From assembly GCA_937949785.1 (NCBI GenBank), contig CALEDH010000008.1, positions 170,028 to 234,027 of the forward strand: a stretch of 64,000 nucleotides of DNA, written 5' to 3'. Positions 63,899 through 64,000 of this stretch are shown here, one piece after another; positions within the stretch are counted from its first letter, which is position 1; every line of letters starts with the position of its first letter. A program made the translations under genes and the position numbers. The DNA comes from an uncultured Sulfolobales archaeon. GTDB taxonomy: Archaea; Thermoproteota; Thermoprotei_A; Sulfolobales; NBVN01. Under the pieces are notes generated by a model. That model ran no database searches. It was given only the letters and a program-made list of their open reading frames with translations, and was not told where the DNA came from.

Positions 63899-64000
63899 CT
63901 ATCTTACTAGGAAGCCGAGCTTACTTAGAGTGAGTTTGAGTTCCTCAACATCTTCAGCTGTTAGGGAGGGGAGGGGTCTACGTACAGGGCCTGCCGGAAG
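63899..64000 (-). CDS. Partial CDS (C-terminal 33 codons): DapA/KD(P)G-aldolase family lyase, truncated by the window edge
   Basis: The minus-strand translation '...LPAGPVRRPLPSLTAEDVEELKLTLSKLGFLVR*' matches the typical C-terminus of DHDPS/N-acetylneuraminate-lyase family proteins ('PxRxPLxxLxxEexxxLxxxLxxlGll'). Confidence 0.4.
   Translation of the reverse strand, partial: LPAGPVRRPLPSLTAEDVEELKLTLSKLGFLVR

Noticed and set aside
1-64000. I looked for CRISPR arrays, rRNA genes, IS elements/transposases, integrases and long terminal or inverted repeats across the whole window.
   Set aside because: I saw no regularly spaced direct repeats, no rRNA-like GC-rich blocks and no transposase- or integrase-like ORFs in the six-frame track. 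The only clear repeat is the intragenic 117-bp duplication at 46766-46999.

Overview
This 64-kb chromosomal window looks like a hyperthermophilic crenarchaeon, probably Thermoproteales-like. Supporting signs are moderate AT-richness, TATA boxes about 27 nt upstream of leaderless or short-leader starts, Alba, ribosomal protein L38e, a crenarchaeal arlB-X-G-F-H-I-J archaellum operon, and a tRNA with two introns. I support about 63 protein-coding genes (one partial at the right edge), 1 tRNA, several promoters and one intragenic tandem repeat. I saw no rRNA, CRISPR array, transposase or integrase. Main blocks, left to right: (1) a PhoU-like regulator and a class II HMG-CoA reductase. (2) PGI/PMI plus a compact five-gene group-4 [NiFe]-hydrogenase (hycCDEFG-like). 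(3) A + strand catabolic island: proC, a TAXI-TRAP transporter, creatininase-family, UPF0261, Zn-dehydrogenase and enolase-superfamily genes, flanked by a second enolase-family dehydratase and an isochorismatase-family hydrolase. (4) Housekeeping genes: epimerase, Mrp/NBP35, malic enzyme, hydratase, EamA. (5) A complete archaellum locus with several non-standard additions: an ArnR-like membrane-tethered regulator, a 309-aa archaellin-like protein, an ArlX-like protein lacking a TM segment, and an appended 790-aa surface protein plus a TM-wHTH protein. (6) An aspartate-oxidase-like flavoprotein, a subtilase and Alba. (7) An unusual tandem-AAA+ / Lon-protease fusion translationally coupled to a membrane protein. 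(8) A stand-alone NuoL-like/NuoM-like pair whose NuoL-like C-terminal arm carries a 117-bp tandem duplication, next to a GltD-like flavoprotein. (9) Small conserved archaeal genes and a tRNA-Gln(UUG) with introns at 32/33 and 37/38. (10) A threonine synthase whose conserved N-terminal domain has no canonical in-frame start. (11) Assorted hydrolases and a small sugar-isomerase/RpiB/MFS module. The best candidates for undescribed biology are the AAA-AAA-Lon/membrane pair, the extra archaellum-linked genes and the orphan antiporter-like pair. All functional calls come from motif recognition by eye; no database search was run.
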